A DNA stretch of 63,862 nt, counting the filler, from Octopus bimaculoides (taxonomy: Eukaryota), in the NCBI RefSeq assembly GCF_001194135.2. It is 6 parts of 5 records of this genome, joined end to end, with 100 filler letters (N's around TTAATTAATTAA, not from the genome) between each part and the next. Parts side by side here need not be neighbours in the genome. Positions count along the whole stretch, not along the records: positions 61,526 to 63,862 come from NC_068985.1; 5 more parts are not named here. One strand, 5' to 3'. The notes under the pieces are model-generated. The model ran no database searches, was not told the DNA's origin, and worked only from the letters and a program-made list of their open reading frames with translations. This document shows, one piece after another, positions 62,540-63,862 of the stretch. Made by a program: the position numbers and the translations under genes. Position 1 is the first letter of the stretch, and each line of letters begins with the position of its first letter.

Positions 62540-63350
62540 TAATTAGTCAATACTTGCGCAAGAGCACAAAATGAATATTCAAAAGCATTTTCATCTGTTA
62601 GAGGTTGTAATATAAATTGTTTGTTTCTGTGATGCTTTTTTATTCTGATGTATATCAGAATTTCATTTACATTTTTCGTTTCTTGGTTCAATTTCCACCG
62701 ATCAACTTTTAAAGGTTGCAAATAATGTCAATATCGTTCTCCTGTAGCCTTGTCTTTATTTTGTCGTAGATTAGCTTTTGACCATCTGTCATGTTACCAT
62801 TAGTTTTATTGTTTTCTTCCAAACCATCTATATGTTTCTGTCACTATTCCTTTCCTGTGGTTTAATAAAGATTTTACCTCTCTTTTCGGCTATGAGATTA
62901 CTTTTATCAGTTGGAATTGTATTTTCATCGTTTCCTCTGCTGCTGTTTTCCAATAACCGTCTTTTGATAGCTTCCAGCTCTACTTCTGTGAAACAACGAT
63001 TTTTTCTTATTGCTGTGACTTGATCACACAATCTCTGTTCCGTGAGTTGAAACAATCCTCTTTCTCTTCATTCATCATACATACGTTGACGGTATCCCCT
63101 AAAATGAACACCATCTTCGTCTACGGGTTTACTCAGGAAGTAACACTCGATGACCACAGCATTGACTTGTTTGTTCCATCTACGTCGTGTGTGCTGGATA
63201 ACGACAGTCTTGAGTCGGACCAGTATCTCTGAGCCTGCCGGGTGCAACACTGTCACCATCAAGGTCTCAGTTTCATTACCACCGTTATTTACAATATTTT
63301 GTTTGTTTATTGTCAATCATATGAGGTAGCGATTATCAGGATCCGCAATT
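62540..63350 (-). mobile_element. R4/Dong-clade non-LTR element N-terminal fragment
   Basis: RRRWNKQVNAVVIECYFLSKPVDEDGVHFRGYRQRMYDE*RERGLFQLTEQRLCDQVTAIRKNRCFTEVELEAIKRR; LKVDRWKLNQETKNVNEILIYI. Confidence 0.75.
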
Positions 63351-63589
63351 ACCAGTGTTTTTATTGTGACAGCATCACTAGATGTATCATTAATCAATGA
63401 TTCCAGCCGCTTCCTTTCATTATTATTATCATCATCGCTGATATTATTATTTTCCTTCTTTTTTTTACTATTTGTAATTGTTCATATTTTCTCTGATTCG
63501 CCATGAGTTTTAGCTAAATTATTATTATTATCAAAAAAAAGGTAATGTAAAAGGAGAAAGGGCTCTATACCACTTTCTTATTTTTTCTG

Positions 63590-63845
63590 ACCAGGCTCCC
63601 ATGGTTTTATGGGTTTTTCCACGTGTAACCTTTCCTTTTTCGAAGCGCCTCCCCCTTTGGGAGTTCTACTTATTTATTTATCTATTTATTTATCTATTTA
63701 TTTATTATAACTTTCTCCGTTTTCTTCCCCTGTTTAGACGAACTTTGCTACCTTTTCGGACAAAACCTTTTGTAACCTTCGTCCTGTCTTTGTCTTTATA
63801 TGTTTTTAATTGATATTAGCCCTTGTGGCCAATAAAACGAATTAA
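63590..63845 (+). mobile_element. LINE-like 3' UTR/terminus
   Basis: Ends TTAGCCCTTGTGGCCAATAAAACGAA; similar to 24637-24690 and to the family D SINE tail. Confidence 0.45.
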
Positions 63846-63862
63846 TTATTATTATCATCGCT

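Overview
AT-rich, microsatellite- and SINE-dense eukaryotic DNA with many assembly gaps. The repeat families and gene style point to a cephalopod, most likely Octopus (inference). The six-frame ORF track is mostly uninformative because real exons are short, so genes were rebuilt by hand from splice sites and phases. (1) The last three coding exons of HOP2/PSMC3IP lie on + (581-2686). (2) A complete 10-exon SARNP/CIP29/Tho1 gene lies on - (21422->6597, 308 aa, SAP domain plus five R-x-x-R-F-G motifs), convergent with HOP2. (3) Three phase-compatible - strand exons (45140->30661) appear to be the C-terminal end of a gene I cannot identify. The rest is mobile DNA: at least four SINE-type families, CR1/L2-, RTE- and R4/Dong-clade LINE fragments, a Penelope-like fragment, mariner/DD37D fragments, MITEs, a Helitron fragment and a Helentron-type HINE. 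The most interesting observations are a cluster of minimal hammerhead-ribozyme-like motifs with non-canonical cores near the Penelope element, an R4-clade element sitting inside a (CATA)n array, a U2 snRNA 5' fragment followed by possibly structured sequence, and SINE inverted pairs around SARNP exons 5-6, whose back-splice would give a stop-free 231-nt circle. Five 100-bp gaps contain an artificial TTAATTAATTAA linker, so contiguity across them is unproven. Repeat boundaries are approximate (about +/-20 bp); exon boundaries were counted to the base. I found no unambiguous novel system; the top findings are testable hypotheses.
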